Part shown: positions 43,696 to 57,025 of the stretch, one piece after another | Numbering within the stretch: the stretch's first letter is position 1 | Layout: each line of letters opens with the position of its first letter | From: Takakia lepidozioides | Taxonomy: Eukaryota > Plantae > Bryophyta | Assembly (NCBI GenBank): GCA_030704615.1 | Contig: CM060732.1 | Location: 24,428,001-24,492,000 of the forward strand | Length of the DNA: 64,000 bases | Direction of reading: 5' to 3' | Made by a program: the position numbers and the translations under genes | The notes under the pieces: model-generated | What the model was told of the DNA's origin: nothing | The model's database searches: none | Seen by the model: only the letters and a program-made list of their open reading frames with translations

Positions 43696-44861
43696 AAGAA
43701 AATAGAATAAAAATAAAAATATATTTTTTGACCTGAGTTAGAAAGCTACACAGTATTGAACGTGTTGAAATATCTACATTGACTTTTGTATTATTTTAAA
43801 TTTCAAAAACAGTTTGTCCAACAACACTCATCCTCCTGCTTTCATCCATCCAACCATTGAGGATTCAGTCCATACAAAATCAAGATTTGGATACCAACCG
43901 AGATTGAAGCCTCATGTTGTTCCGAGATACTTGTAGCCCTCACTGCCTTGGATACAGACGCATATACGATGAGAACCCAAGTTAGCGTAAATAAGAGCCT
44001 CGTCCCCCCCTTGGATATGAAACAGGACGAACATTTGAAGATTACATCCGGTATATGACAATACTCCAGTACGTAGAAAAGTAACGTGAGGAAAAAAAGT
44101 TCAAAAAAACAGAATACTTGTTACTGGGGAAAACTTTGACAAGACTGCCCGTGTCTGGTTCTTCGTTCTTACTTGGGTTGCCCTACATCTAGCCTTGCCC
44201 AAGGTAAGAAAAAAAACCAAAGTCCATTGCTGCCCATTTGACCGAGCACGTAAATAGGCCCCATAATACCGTCCTCGTTCCGCGGTGATAGGGACTTTGG
44301 GGAAGAGCGAGAGAGAGAAAAGAAGAGAAGAGAAGAAGTTGGCGAGCGAGACGAGTGGATTGTGAGGAGATGATGAAAGTGGAGAGTAGTAAACGGGGAT
44401 GATTTACGGTGAGCCCATCACACTTCTCCCGCCCTTCCAGAGGGAGATGGGGTAGGAGCTGCTGGACTGGCCTGCAACAACTTCAGTGGAGTAAACGTTT
44501 TGATGTTGGTGTTTGGGTGCGTGAAGCGATCAATGGGTTGGGGAAGGAGATTGGACTGGAAGATTTGAGTCCGATTGTGTAGTATGCAGTTGACAGTTGG
44601 GCTGGTGGAAATTAGTACTCTGCCGGCGGGTCGACGACAGTCTAGAATTCACAGCTCTGCAGTCTCTGTCTCCGTGAGCGATGGCCATCTTTTCTCGCAG
44701 GTGAGCACGTCGTGGCTATTCCTTACTGATTAGTGTAACTTGGATGTGCTGAGGTGAATAGATTTTTCTGAAGGTGGGTGCAGCAACCAGCACTTTGTAG
44801 CTTGTTATACAGGGAGCTGCGCGTATTGGGTTCAGGGATTTTTGACCTCTGCTTTACCATC

Positions 44862-47800
44862 ATGTGGGAATCATGCAGTGGCGGAGTGAAGAAGCGGAGT
44901 GAGACATGGCGGTTGATAATCACGGGTTTGTGTGGAATTGTGCTGGGACTTACCGTCGGCATCTCCTCTATGAGGGTATATCCACGCACAATCTCCTCTA
45001 TTTTGATTTGCATTGGAACCTCCAGTATCGTAGTGCGGCCCAGTCTTAATTGGTTTCTGGTCAGTTACTATATGATGTTTGTTTGATCTCAGCTCCAATG
45101 AGTTTGAAACTCAACATGGAAGTGATAGCTCTGATGTGCGTGGCAAGGTGTGGTGCAGTTTGGTGTCCCATCCAACATTGGGGCTCTTCACTTGCAGCAG
45201 CCAGACGTTTTTGGTTACAGGCCACCTGCTCCCGAGGTATGACTTGAAACGGCCACCGCCATGTTGTGCTTGATCTACTTCATCCCCTGCCCGGCCGAGC
45301 AGATGTGCCGCATTGTTCCGTTGAAGGCTATGGACAAGAGTCTAGTTAGGTCGAGGTGTGATGATGAAGTGGACTGTGGGGCCGGGAATGACAGGAGATG
45401 ACTGCAGCCACTATCGCATGCCCTGGTGCGCAACCACCGGGCACAGAATCCCTTCCGCGAAATATTTTAGCCCCAACATCAGACCTGTTCCCTCGCAGAT
45501 TGTGGGGAAAACCTGAGGAGGTACGTTCTGCTGCACATGCCGCTCAGTCACAGTTGTGCTAGATCACATCAGGTATTCCTGAAAGCGAGTTACATTTTTT
45601 CTCCAATTCCCATGAACAGGTCTTATAAGTCCATGGTTATTAAGTCTGTGGACCCTGCTCTGGTCTGATGCGATAAAATTTTGACACTGTACAGTGTTGT
45701 GTTGCAGGATCTTCCGAACAAGCCAAAGTATCTACTGACCTTAACTGTAGGCTGGGCCCAGAAACAAATGGTGGATCAGGCAGTCTCCAAAGTATGTTCT
45801 GTGGACTCCCTTGAAACTCCTCCAATGTGATGTTTGAACTCAAAAGCTGCATATAACTGCACTTGAGTGACAATGATCCAAAGAAGTGCAGGAAAAATGA
45901 TTGATGTTCAAGGCTGGTTAATACAAGAAAGAAGCCTTTGGATTGAGCCCGGAGTTCTCCTCCACTGCTACATAAATGTATGTTACTACAAGAAGAACTC
46001 CTTTCAGATTGAGCTATTGGATCTGAACCCAGAGTCAACTGAATCTGAGCACCTTGTTTGCAGTTTTCGAAGGAATGGCAAATTGTTCTTTTCCACTATG
46101 ATGGGCGCATAAATGAGTGGGATGAGTTTGAATGGGCTCGAACTGCAGTGCATGTTAGTACCCTCAAACAAGCAAAGTGGTAAGCCTCTTTTGTGGTATG
46201 CTGATCAGTTTTTCAACACCTGGTTAGTTGTTGGAGCAGCCTCTGCAGCAGAAGCAGGGGGGCAATCCATGGTGGTTGTCTGCATTTCTACATGATAATA
46301 ATTTAAAATAGCAAATCCAGATGCTGTTTGTGTTGTGGTATTAAGTGCGACTTCTCTTTGTAGGTGGTATGCTAAACGCTTTTTGCACCCAGATGTGGTG
46401 GAACCCTATGACTACATTTTTGTATGGGATGAGGATCTCAATCTCGATCATTTTGAAGCAGATAAGTATGTCTAATCTTCCTGGAATCTCTGCATCTGCA
46501 TTTTGTGATAATGATTCTGGTATGAGTGCAGACTATGTCCATGGGATGTCCTTAATTGTGTAAAGTTAATGGAGCTTATGCCAAGCTGTAGGTCTTGTGA
46601 GGTTTGAGGCGAGGTGTTGTTAGGTGGTGAGGTGGTAAGGGTTTTGGGATCGCAGGTACATAGAACTTGTGAAGAAACATGGTCTCGAAATATCGCAACC
46701 CGCTCTGGAGCCAGATCGAGGTTTGACATGGCAAATGACTAAACGCAGGGGTGATGTGGAGGTTCACAAGTAAGTTAGCTTTGAGCAGGCTTCCCAGCTT
46801 TGCTGTTTATTGTGTAGGCTATGGGGTTATGTTCCTTGATGCAAATGCTAACCCATGAAGAGTCTGTCTGGTTGTTCCTCAGAGATACAGAAGAGAAGGC
46901 TGGTTGGTGCCCAGATCCGCATAAGCCACCATGTGCAGGGTATGTAGTAGTTGTGTGATGACTGCAACCATTCCATTAGGGTACATGCACTTCAAAACTA
47001 ATTGGATGAAGAGCCTGAGGAAAGTGCTCTCTCGGTAGCCTGTTTCACAAAGCATAATCTGCTTTCACTTGCTCCTACTAAGAGAGTGGAATGTGTTGGG
47101 ATGTCTCGTACTCAATATGGTAAAATCTAAGACAGTTAAAGGATGATGCCTAGAGAATTGTTTTTTCTCCTCATGTACTTGGTGTTCTAGTGGACTGCAG
47201 GTTTGTAGAAATCATGGCACCTGTCTTTTCTCGAAAAGCATGGCGATGTGTTTGGTACATGATACAGGTGAGTCTGCTTCTGTGTCTAGCCAGCACAAGC
47301 AAGAACCAACTCAGCAGTGCATGCTAGTGCTTGTCTGGTTGCAACTCTTCTTGTAATTGTATTCTTTGGTTGGATCATGCAATAATTCTTCTAGCTCATG
47401 TTGATTCACAAACCCTCCCACACACCTGCAGGCACTGGGAAGGACCTGGAATAGTAGACAGCGGTGGTTGTTATCCATAAAAGATATATGGACTTGGAAA
47501 GTCCAAAACTATGTCCACAGTTGTCTCCCGTTCAGAAGTCTGGTTGCTGCTTAATTTTTTTTACTTGAGTTAATTGGGATCGTTGAGGGTTTTCTTGCTA
47601 CAACTGAAGCTGTCTCCAGTAGTTGTGCACAAACTGTGTATCCATACATATTCCCTCAGTGAGCTAGACCACCCAACCTGTGTGTCTGCCTAGGAGATCT
47701 GACCAAAGAAGCTCTTGGTGAGACCTGACTTTTGGGACAACAACTAACCACGGGGAAAAAAATGGAAGGCATGCTCATTATTGTTGGTTTTCTACAGAAT

Positions 47801-50800
47801 GACCTGGTTCATGGGTGGGGCCTGGACTTCAGTTTACAGCGCTGTGCTCAGGTGAGTGTGCTTGCTTTCTGTGCTTGTACTCGGAGACATCTGGGCGGAT
47901 TTGTCTGATAATTGTGGTATGTATTTGTGTATACAAAACAACCACCTATTTGAGCATTTTCCTAGGAAGAAAGCTGTAAGTTATGTGCTTCAATTGGCAT
48001 TGCTCTCGCTTTCTTCAAGCAGGCAAGTTGGGAGCATCGGCCTCCGCTACAGATACTGCACACACTGGGTTTGGGAGTTTTTTGAGCCATGATGAAGCCA
48101 TTGACATGTTGGATTTTCTTGGACCATTGCAATATCTTCAGTGTAGGAAGGTCCACTTTGGTGGGGTTTCAATGTGTACTTACTGACATCAATAGTCATC
48201 TCCATTGAGAGCCACATTCGAAGCTTGCACAGGTATGTATGGTCAGTGGAACAGCTGTGCCCTACTTAGGCCTCCTCTATTGTCTGCCAGATGGCACCAT
48301 GCAAGTATGAAATCCAAGTTTGCAGGATGTTTGGTTGACCAGTGCACATGCCTGGATTACAGCCTGCATATGAGAAGATAGGGGTGGTTGATGCTCAGTG
48401 GATACGACACAATGTTGTTCCCTCCCTTGGACAACAGGTGCACTTTCCTTCCGTTTGGCATGAATTCTCTGTTTTGGTTGTCTAGGAGAGACAATGGGAC
48501 TGCGTAACTTTTTGTCGTGTGTTCCAGTCATAGTACAGTGAATGAATGAGTCAATAGACGGATGTGAGAGACTCGAACCTCCCAGGTGGAGACAAGGTCT
48601 CATTGTTAGCATACAATTGACTGGGTCTAGATCAGGGAGAGGAAGTGGCAGTATGATTGAAATAGTGAAGAGACGCATATCACAATTCATCTTTTTGGCC
48701 CATTGAATCACAGTTTCTCTTTGTGTTTCCTAACCAAACATGACAGAAAAACTCTTTCTGGGATTCAGTTAGAGGGTAGCCTGTAGTCATGTGGTGATTT
48801 GGATATTTCCGACAATTTTCCCTAGGACGTTGCAGAACAGAGAGAAAAAGATTGCCATAGCCTTGTGGAAGTAGACCCCATGTCCAGTTTGTTGAGAGGA
48901 GAAAGAGGAGAGAAAGGGGCGTGAATTCTTGGATTTTACAAAGCACATCTCACACCCCTCTACTTACCCATCCCTACTACGTTGTGTAGCTTGCAAACCA
49001 CCCCACAACCACCCCAACAGGCATAGTGATGTGCCATGGACCAAACACCCTCGAAGTTTCCTTTCATGACATAATTGTAAGAATTTTGGATTACTTAATT
49101 GAAATCGACATTTCCTCAACCAACAACTCCTCTTAAGTGTAAGGTTCATTCTGGTCCAACAGGACATACTTTTAATCAATCAGATTGTACTCATAAGACG
49201 TTGTTTGCCGTAGCCTTGTGGCCATTGACCCCGCGCCCAGTTTGAGCGGGAACAAAAGGGACAGAACCTACCTCTGTCAGGGGCTGACGTTGGTAGTAAG
49301 ACTTACCTCCATATAAAGAATTAATCCGGGTTTTCCAGATATCCTCTAGAAATCCCTTCACACAAGCATCAGTCTGCTGTGTGTGATTTGCCCAAAAACT
49401 AGGCCTCAGGAGGGCCTGGGCTTTTGGCTCAGCCTCGAGACTTTCAAAGTTGGTAAACAGGGGTACAGGCACAATTCCCTTAATAGATTTGAAGAGAGCG
49501 TCTCTTTGGTGAGAGAACCCCGGACAGTGTATCAGAAAATGAATACTGTCTTCAGATTGCCCACACAACGGGCAATTGCACTCTCCCTTTCCTCTCTGCT
49601 TCTGTTTGCTGTTCAAAGGTAGGCTTCCTGCCCTGAGTTTAAATTTCAGTCTAGTGCCGAGAGTGGGTAGACCCTTGAGGTCATCCAAGATGTCCTCCCC
49701 CATGTCACAGACTGGAAACAAGTTCAGGGAAGTTTTCTGCCTAACTTCATTTTCATCAGACAATCTCATGGCAACAGACATGGCTGAGGACACTACAGCC
49801 TCTAAGTCAGATTTATCCAGCAGGGTCAAGACTTGCGGATACAGGTCCAGGTCCTTGAGAATCTCTTCTACTCTCTTCTGCCAGGACTTAGCCTGTTTGA
49901 CAGGGCGGTCCTGTTTCCAAGATATAGAGTCGATTAACTTAGGATATCTGGTGTTGGGCATATGTTGCAGCTGACCCCACCATCTGACCTTGAATTCATC
50001 TCGTCGGGAGCTTAAGGACGGAATGCCAAACTCACCCCGAACAGCCACATTGTGGCTGTTTTGGAGCATGCTGACATACACTCCTTAAGCACCCCCACTT
50101 GAATGGACTCTAGAGACTTAGCCTGGTTGGAGTTATCAACCCATATAGCAGATCCGTACTCCAAGGCAGGTCTAATAACGCGACAAAGCATGGTTTTCTT
50201 AACCTCAGAGTTGACCCCTCTGCAGTGGAAAAATTTAGTGAGCCCCAGAGCTTTGCCCTTGCCAGTTTGAACAACTTTCCGGATATGTGCATCCCAATTA
50301 CAATTGGAGGAGAACTCAACGCCCAGGTAAGTGTAGGAAGGGAGGACCGGGATCTCTTGGCTACCCCACTGCCACTTAAGATCACTTCCTCCCTCTCCTC
50401 TGTCGTTGAATGCTACCACTGCACATTTGCTGACATTAGCCTCTAGCCCCAAAGATCAAAGTATCTCTTCGCGCAATCAATCAACTCCTGGAGATTGGTT
50501 GGAGTCTCCCCTATGCCTGCGAAGTCATCCGCAAATGTAAGGGCTGGTATGGTGGTATCACCCACCCTTAACCCAAATCCCTCACTTTCCACATCCTCGA
50601 GGAGTTGATTGATGAAAACATTGAAGAGCAGAGGGGAGAGAGTACATCCTTGGTCTATGTCAAAGAAGTTGGACTTCTGTCCGTTAACAGTGACACAGCT
50701 TTTGGTGTGAGCATACAAGTTGTGGACAACTCTCCACATCTTTCCCTTGATCCCACAAGACCAGAGGCGGAACCATAGGCCATCTCTCCACACTGTGTCA

Positions 50801-53800
50801 TAAGCCTTTCTGACATCCAGGAAAAAGACATAAGTGGGTTTCCCTTCTTTTTTCCTTCCCTGGATAATCTGGCTTAGAGTGAAGATATGATCCACACAGC
50901 CCCTGTTTCGCCGAAAGCCAGCTTGGCCTTCGTGGAAACAACCTCTAGACTCCAGATCAACCTCGAGACGAGTACTTATAACTCTGCAGAATGTCTTGCC
51001 AACCGCATTGAGGAGCGTGATGCTACGGTAGTTCCACGGTTCTTCTCTGTCACCCTTCTTGTATAGATTGACAATGACCCCCTGTCGCCAGCGAAAGGGG
51101 ATCATTTCAGTCTTCCAGATAAGGTTAAAGAGGAGAACTAGGGCCTCTATCATGGGATCGCCACCATGCTTGATAAGCTCGTTGACAATACCATCAGGTC
51201 CACCAGCTTTATATCCATTTAAATGTTCAATTGCTTCCACAATCTCAGAAGAACTAATGGGAGCATTATAAGCCATTGAAATATACTCCAGTTCATCAGG
51301 GCTGTTTTGAATCATAGGAACAGTTTTTCCAACTGTGTCCCTCCATTCAGCAGAAGACCCCTCACTGTTAGACCTAGAAGTTCTGCCAAGGATACTGTAG
51401 TGAGTTTCAAAGGTTTTGACAATGTCAACTGATGAAGTCACCACTGCACCTTTAGTAGTCTTCAGCGCTTGTACTTGCTGACTGTTTTTCGGTTTGTACA
51501 AACGTTGAAGGGCCAACCAGAATTTCTTGTCATTACCACCATGGTGGTTTGAGTTTATTTCACTGTATAACTTGTCCCAGTATAATTTCTTCTGAGACCT
51601 AACAAGCTGATTGATATCTTTACGGAGCTGGTAGTACCTCGCCCACAATTCTCTGTTGGTTTCCAAATTGCAGCACTCTTTATAGAGGGCTCGTCTCTCA
51701 GCTATCTTGAGTTTAATCTCATTAGTCCACCAATTAACTGCTCTACCGCAGACAATTAGTTTCCTCCCAATGATCTTGTCAGCCATGGAGGAAACGAAAC
51801 TCTCCCAAGAGTCCACTGCTCTTTCGACTTCATTTCTTGCGTTAACAGAGCGTGACTGAAGTTCTTGGAGCGATTGGACAAAATGAGGGAGAGCCTCTTG
51901 CAAGGCCTGGATGTACTCAGCCTTGACCTCCTCATTGTGGAATTTTTCTATGCGCCACTTCCGAATCGAATGTTTCACAGATCTCTTGGTGGTGGGAAAA
52001 CACCTTTTGATCTCAGTCCAAACCAGGAAGTGGTCAGAGGTACCAATATCAGTTCTGTCGATCAACACATTGGCACACTGGGGGAACAAAATTTTGTCCA
52101 TTATGATATAGTCCACAATGGAACGTTCCCCAGTTTGGGGTTTCTCACGAGTCCACTGCACTTGGTCACCTCTTGTCCTGTTATTCAAGGTCAAAAGCTG
52201 AAGCTCTTCTAGACAGTTAATTAACCGTCTGCCATTAGAATTCAGCTCGTCCTCACCAAAAGGTCCAATGATATCGTCCTGATGGATCCCTTTGCCCACC
52301 CGGGCATTGAAGTCCCCCAATAGTACCACCTGACCTTTGGCAAGGAACGAAGCACTGTCCAGCTTTACATCTTTGAAGGCCTTGTCTGCGTCAGCACTAA
52401 GGGTCCCCTCTGTGGGCATGTAAACACAACCAACAAAGAGGTCCTTTGTACTCATGCTGCCCTTCAAATTCAGTTTTAGCCAGATACTATGCTCGTACCT
52501 CAAACCCTTGTTGATAATTTCACAATTGTCAAACAAGCCGCGTTTGGCAGAGGCTGCCTTGAGAGTACACATCTTACCTGCCCATTTATAACCAATGACA
52601 TCTCCAACCAGTTTATCCGACGTTTCCCATGTTTCTTGCCCAGCACAGATATGAATATCATTAGTCCGAAGAACTTGTCCCACTTCAAGTTGTTTCCTTT
52701 GGTTGGTCAACCCTGAGAAGTTGAAAGTGGCCAGCCGCAAGCCAGCCCTTTGCGTGTGAATTGTTTGTCGTCTAGGTAGCTTGTGATTGCTCCTGGACGG
52801 CCAACCGTTCTGCAAAGGGGGGACAGTTACCCCATGTGTAGATTTTGCTCGTCTTGTGTAAACTTTGAGAATTGGTAAGCCATTCAGGGTACCAAATCTT
52901 TCAGTTACACGACGCACAGGCTCCCACACATAGGGGCAGATTGTCCGTCAGACTGCTTGGGGACAATTACCCCGTGTATAGATTTTGCTCGTCTTGTGTA
53001 GACTTTGAGGATTGGTAAACCATTTAGAGTACCAAATCCTTCAGTTACACGACGTTCAGGCTCTGCACACTTAGGTACAGAAAGTCCATCTGACGGCTTG
53101 GGGACAATTACCCCGTGTATAGAATTTGTTCGTCTTGTGTAAACCTTGAGGATTGGTAAACCATTCAGAGTACCAAATCCTTCAGATTCAGGACGTTCAG
53201 GTTCTGTACACTTGGGGGCATCTTGTCCTTCTGGCTGTTTGGATTCAACCTCATCCAGAGCATCAAACCGATTAGAAACTCTCAAGTTGAAGTTGTTGCC
53301 CTTGGTTGTCTTCCTAGAGCGCCCCATTGAATCACCAATGTCTAAGACCGCTCTCCAGCCAGTCAAGGGACGAACTTCTTTGAGATTGAATTGATGCGGG
53401 ACTCTATTAGAAGCACTTTTGGTCATTGCAACCTTCAACGTACCCCTGTTATCAAGTCTCGAGATGGTACCATTAGCCATGAAATCCAAGCCTAAGCTAG
53501 AGCATGTAGTTTTAAAGGACACATCGTCCATCCTGGGATTCACCCCAAAAACTACACATGAAGCCCTAGATTTGGCATAAGTAACCAATTCCCAGGGATC
53601 ACCCTGAGGAGTGTTGATGTTGATAGGAGCTAAATTTTTGATTGTTTTCGCAGGCCATAAGTTTAAGCACAGGAACCAACCCGAGCCCAAGTGCCGAGTA
53701 TGCTAGACAGAGCATATGACTGCCCAATTTGGGCAGAGGGGCTGCCCCCAAGTGGTAGGAGTCCGCTTGTTACCATTCAGAGATCACACTCCAGGGAGTT

Positions 53801-54861
53801 GCAGGGAATGGCCCGTGTAGGCATATTCTAAAGAGGGAAAGGCCCCAAGCTTTCCAACTAAATCCAATGCACTACCTTACCTGAAGCAAAGTGCTTCAGG
53901 TCGAAACAAACAAGGACACGAGGTCACAAGGCCGGCATTTAGTCACAGAGACATTAATGTACTCCCGTTTCAAGTCCACCCAATATCAATAGGCTTCCTA
54001 GAGGACAGGGAGACTTTTAATCAATCAGAGAAAGAGAGGGAGAGAGAAAGAGGGAAAATAAAAGCTTTTGTTTAACGTCAGGAGAACCTCTGGGCAAAGG
54101 CTGCCAGAAGGTGGAAAAGGAAGGCAGAGTGAAGAAACCCAGTGTGTTTTCTCCTGCACTACTCGGCACAAGGATGTGAGGTCAAAGGCCAAATGAGTTT
54201 AACATTGACATCTAGGACTGCTGTCTATGTGAAATCATAGCAAGTTTGATGGCCGTCAGATGTTTGAATGATCTTCTGTGTAGTAAGAAGGGGATTAATG
54301 TGCGAGTGGCATCGCTGGCTATGTTGAGTAAGGACTTGAGAAAGATTGTCTGTTGGGTGTGGTTTCCATCTTGTTATTTGTCAATCCGTATTTCTCTAAT
54401 ATGTGACAGATGCTTTGGAATTGGCATACGTGTGTAGTGTTAATTCGTGGATGGAATAATTTTTTCTTGGTCTTTGCAGGGAGACGCTGGACAGGGACAG
54501 CCAGCACGTGAAGGGGTACGGTCTTTTACTCTGAGCAACCAGTTCACACTTTGAATCTGCTTTTGGGTACCTTTGTCATGACAAGATTTGTTACCCTGAG
54601 AAATGATTCTCTACAAAGTTATTTTATTGTATGAGAGTTCCTACCTAATTTTCTTATCTTTTGAATTTGGTAGAAGTGAGATTTGTATGTAAAAGGGAAA
54701 TTACAGGAACTCGGTATCTGGATGGAAGATGAAATTGGTTGGTTATTGGGCAGGTGCGAGAGAGGTGCAAGTATGAATGGAAGCTGTTTTCTGAGCGTTG
54801 GGATCTAGCAGACAAGCAAAGAGAGCTGGAGCAAGGTAAAGGGGAAGCCCGTCCTCCCTAA
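44862..54861 (+). CDS. DUF707 family protein (plant glycosyltransferase-like); confident exons ~45395..45520,45708..45791,46064..46179,46364..46465,46656..46769,46883..46939,47201..47267,47798..47851,48363..48437,54480..54515,54754..54861; first coding exon from 44862, 5' splicing uncertain
   Basis: LPRNILAPTSDLFPRRLWGKP, KYLLTLTVG, LFHYDG, KWWYAKRFLHPDVV..YDYIFVWDEDL, GLEISQPAL, PPCAGFVEIMAPVFSRKAWRCVW.MIQNDLVHGWGLD, IGVVDAQWI.H and VRERC..EW. N-terminal TM anchor. Confidence 0.9.
49191..53690 (-). pseudogene. LINE polyprotein, originally a single ~1500-aa ORF, broken by three frameshifts (~52925, ~50445, ~50080) and small in-frame deletions
   Basis: ORFs 52905..53690, 50443..52929, 50012..50452 and 49191..50081 tile the domains in order. 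DIDQGCTLSP lacks the usual V.QG residues. Confidence 0.85.
52821..53215 (-). repeat. Three coding tandem repeats of 141 bp (47 aa, FGTLNGLPILKVYTRR core) in the LINE N-terminal region
   Basis: Unit starts at 52821, 52961 and 53102 (spacings 140 and 141). Confidence 0.9.
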
Positions 54862-56055
54862 TGGTAGGATGTTTATCTGCAGATAACTGGTGCGAGTTGT
54901 GCTGCACATGGTATGTAGGCCAGTGCATATCCATTTTCCGACTGTAAATAATGGGTGCAAATGTTCTTGTGGCAAGAGCTTGACTATTAGGGCTATAATT
55001 GGTCTCAACCCAAATAGAGGGGGAGTCCATGTGCAACCACAGGGCTTAGTCTTTAGTGTTACCCCATTCTCTCACCTTTACATGACTTCTACTTCTGTTC
55101 CTTGGGCTCAATTATGTGATTCAAACACACAGAGGTTAGGTGTGAGATGATTGGATGTGAGTCAAATAGCTGAATGTCAACGCGGGTTGTAAACTTCATA
55201 TTCCCTCCATGTAGTGAGAAATCAAATGGGAGGTTCTCTGTACCTTGATATGCTTGTCTCAGTTTTGAACCATTTTTGAAGGACATATTAGGACCTGGCT
55301 ACATTTTGGGGCAGCTAGAAGGAAGCCTCTCATGTGTTGTCATGTTGCTTCCAACATTACCAATAGACATGTTACATAACTACAAGCACATGCTTGCAAG
55401 TAAGCGTCAGCTTTGCCCTTTGTTTTATATTAACGTTTTTTACTTGTTTGATTACAACCTCGTGGGCCTACTTGTATTGTATTGCATACAAAAGAGATAC
55501 TTTTGGAGTATTTGAAATCAGCCATGTGGATGTCTGACATATCTTCTTTGCATAGCCTATGCTTGGACATATGTAATTGCACATCTGTCACTTTGATCTA
55601 CAAACTTTGCTTGCTGTATACTAGAAGTTTTTGGAAGCTACTTTTTTGTAGGGTTTTGGATTAGAGATCATGTGCAGTAGTCAATGCTTAAATCCCTTCA
55701 GATATTGTTCGACGATCATGGTTCAGCCACAAAGTAGCAGTCAGAGCATGCAGACTAAGCTAGTAAAGTAGTTGTTTACCTCTGCCGACATGCAATTGGC
55801 CCATCTACAAATTGGCATTATTGTGCAGTCTCACTTGCAGTTTTAAGCTCAACAGACTCAGTTTTCACACAACTAAACCAGGCAACTCTGCCCCCTCTCC
55901 AATGGACCAGCAAGCAATCAAGGAAGACCCGGTGGTAGGAAAATTTGCACAGATCCGGCAGGCAGCAGGTGCAGGCAGTTCTGTCCGCATCCACATGTGT
56001 TGCCATTGGGGCTTGTGCAAGCTTCTTCGAGACTTCGAGTGTGTGATTTGCTTAA

Positions 56056-56684
56056 CCCTTAAATGCCCAGTAGCCCGTTTCGGGCTTTTGGGTTTAAAAA
56101 AATCTGAATAACTTTTTGCATTCTCCATGGAATTGTGTGAAAAAAAAATATAGTGTTCTTGGGCACCTGGCACACCGAGATTCATTTCCCCATTGCCTCG
56201 GGTCTCATCACGCAAGCAGGGGTCACGATTTGATAATGGTAATTCTCGTTGTTTCATTCTTCACACGTGTGTGAGAGAGGGAGAGAAACATGGGATTTTC
56301 CCAGGTTTGACCAAGTGGCAACATCACATGCATTGGCCAAATTGGATACTTTTTGGCTTGTTGGATGAGGGATCTCAAGGGGATGAAACCCTGCTAATTT
56401 CGCCTTAATCCCATTTGATCCCGTCACTCAAATCTTTAAAAAATTACCAAAAATGGATATGTTTCTCAAAAGGGCCCCAATAATGGGGCCCACATTCAAC
56501 GGTGGCATTTTGTGGATCTGGGGCTGATTGGCCTCAAATTCAGCAGGTGGATGCAGGAGGAAGGTATGCACCTAATGTGCGGTCAAGTTCTTTATAAAGT
56601 TAATTTTCTGAAAGTTACACCTTTTTTTCACTGAAGGGGTCATGTTTTTGAAAAAGTCAAACTATGGCACTGGGCGCTTAAGGG
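56056..56684. mobile_element. piggyBac-like MITE (629 bp)
   Basis: TTAA at 56052-56055 and 56685-56688. TIRs CCCTTAAATGCCCAGT and (reverse complement) CCCTTAAGCGCCCAGT, 14/16 identical. No coding capacity. Confidence 0.75.
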
Positions 56685-57025
56685 TTAATAGGCTCAAATC
56701 CATCAAACAACCTGCAAACAGCGAGCACCTCACCCTGCATTTAGATTGTGATCACGACAAATTGTCCAGCTCAACCCAAAGTCAATAACTCCCAATAAAG
56801 TGCAGGGATTCCGACCCAAAATCATACTGCTTGACTTCGATGAAAGTAATGTGTGCATTTGATCTTTGTCATTGTACATATGTTGGTTGAGTGCGGGCAG
56901 GGCATGAAGGGCATGAATGTGAAGGTCAGTTAGAGAGGAGGCCGCAAAGAAAGAAGAAACAGAAAGTCCAGCTGACTTCACGAGAGAATTCGCCGAAAGA
57001 AAAGAAATAGGGGTCTGGGAGGACA

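Larger units (their letters stand above)
49185..54012 (-). mobile_element. Near full-length non-LTR retrotransposon (APE endonuclease + RT; RTE/RTEX-like), antisense in the DUF707 intron
   Basis: 17-bp TSD ACTTTTAATCAATCAGA at 49168-49184 and 54013-54029. APE motifs LATFNFSG, QETW, LLGDFNARVG, IVDYI and SDH. RT motifs GPDG, LYKKGD...NYRSITLLN, QAGFR, FLDVRKAYD, QGCTLSP, FADD and YTYLG. C-terminal CCHC. Confidence 0.95.

Noticed and set aside
52905-53690. Separate LINE ORF1
   Set aside because: The break from ORF2 coincides with a 1-bp deletion in one 141-bp repeat unit, indicating one ancestral ORF.
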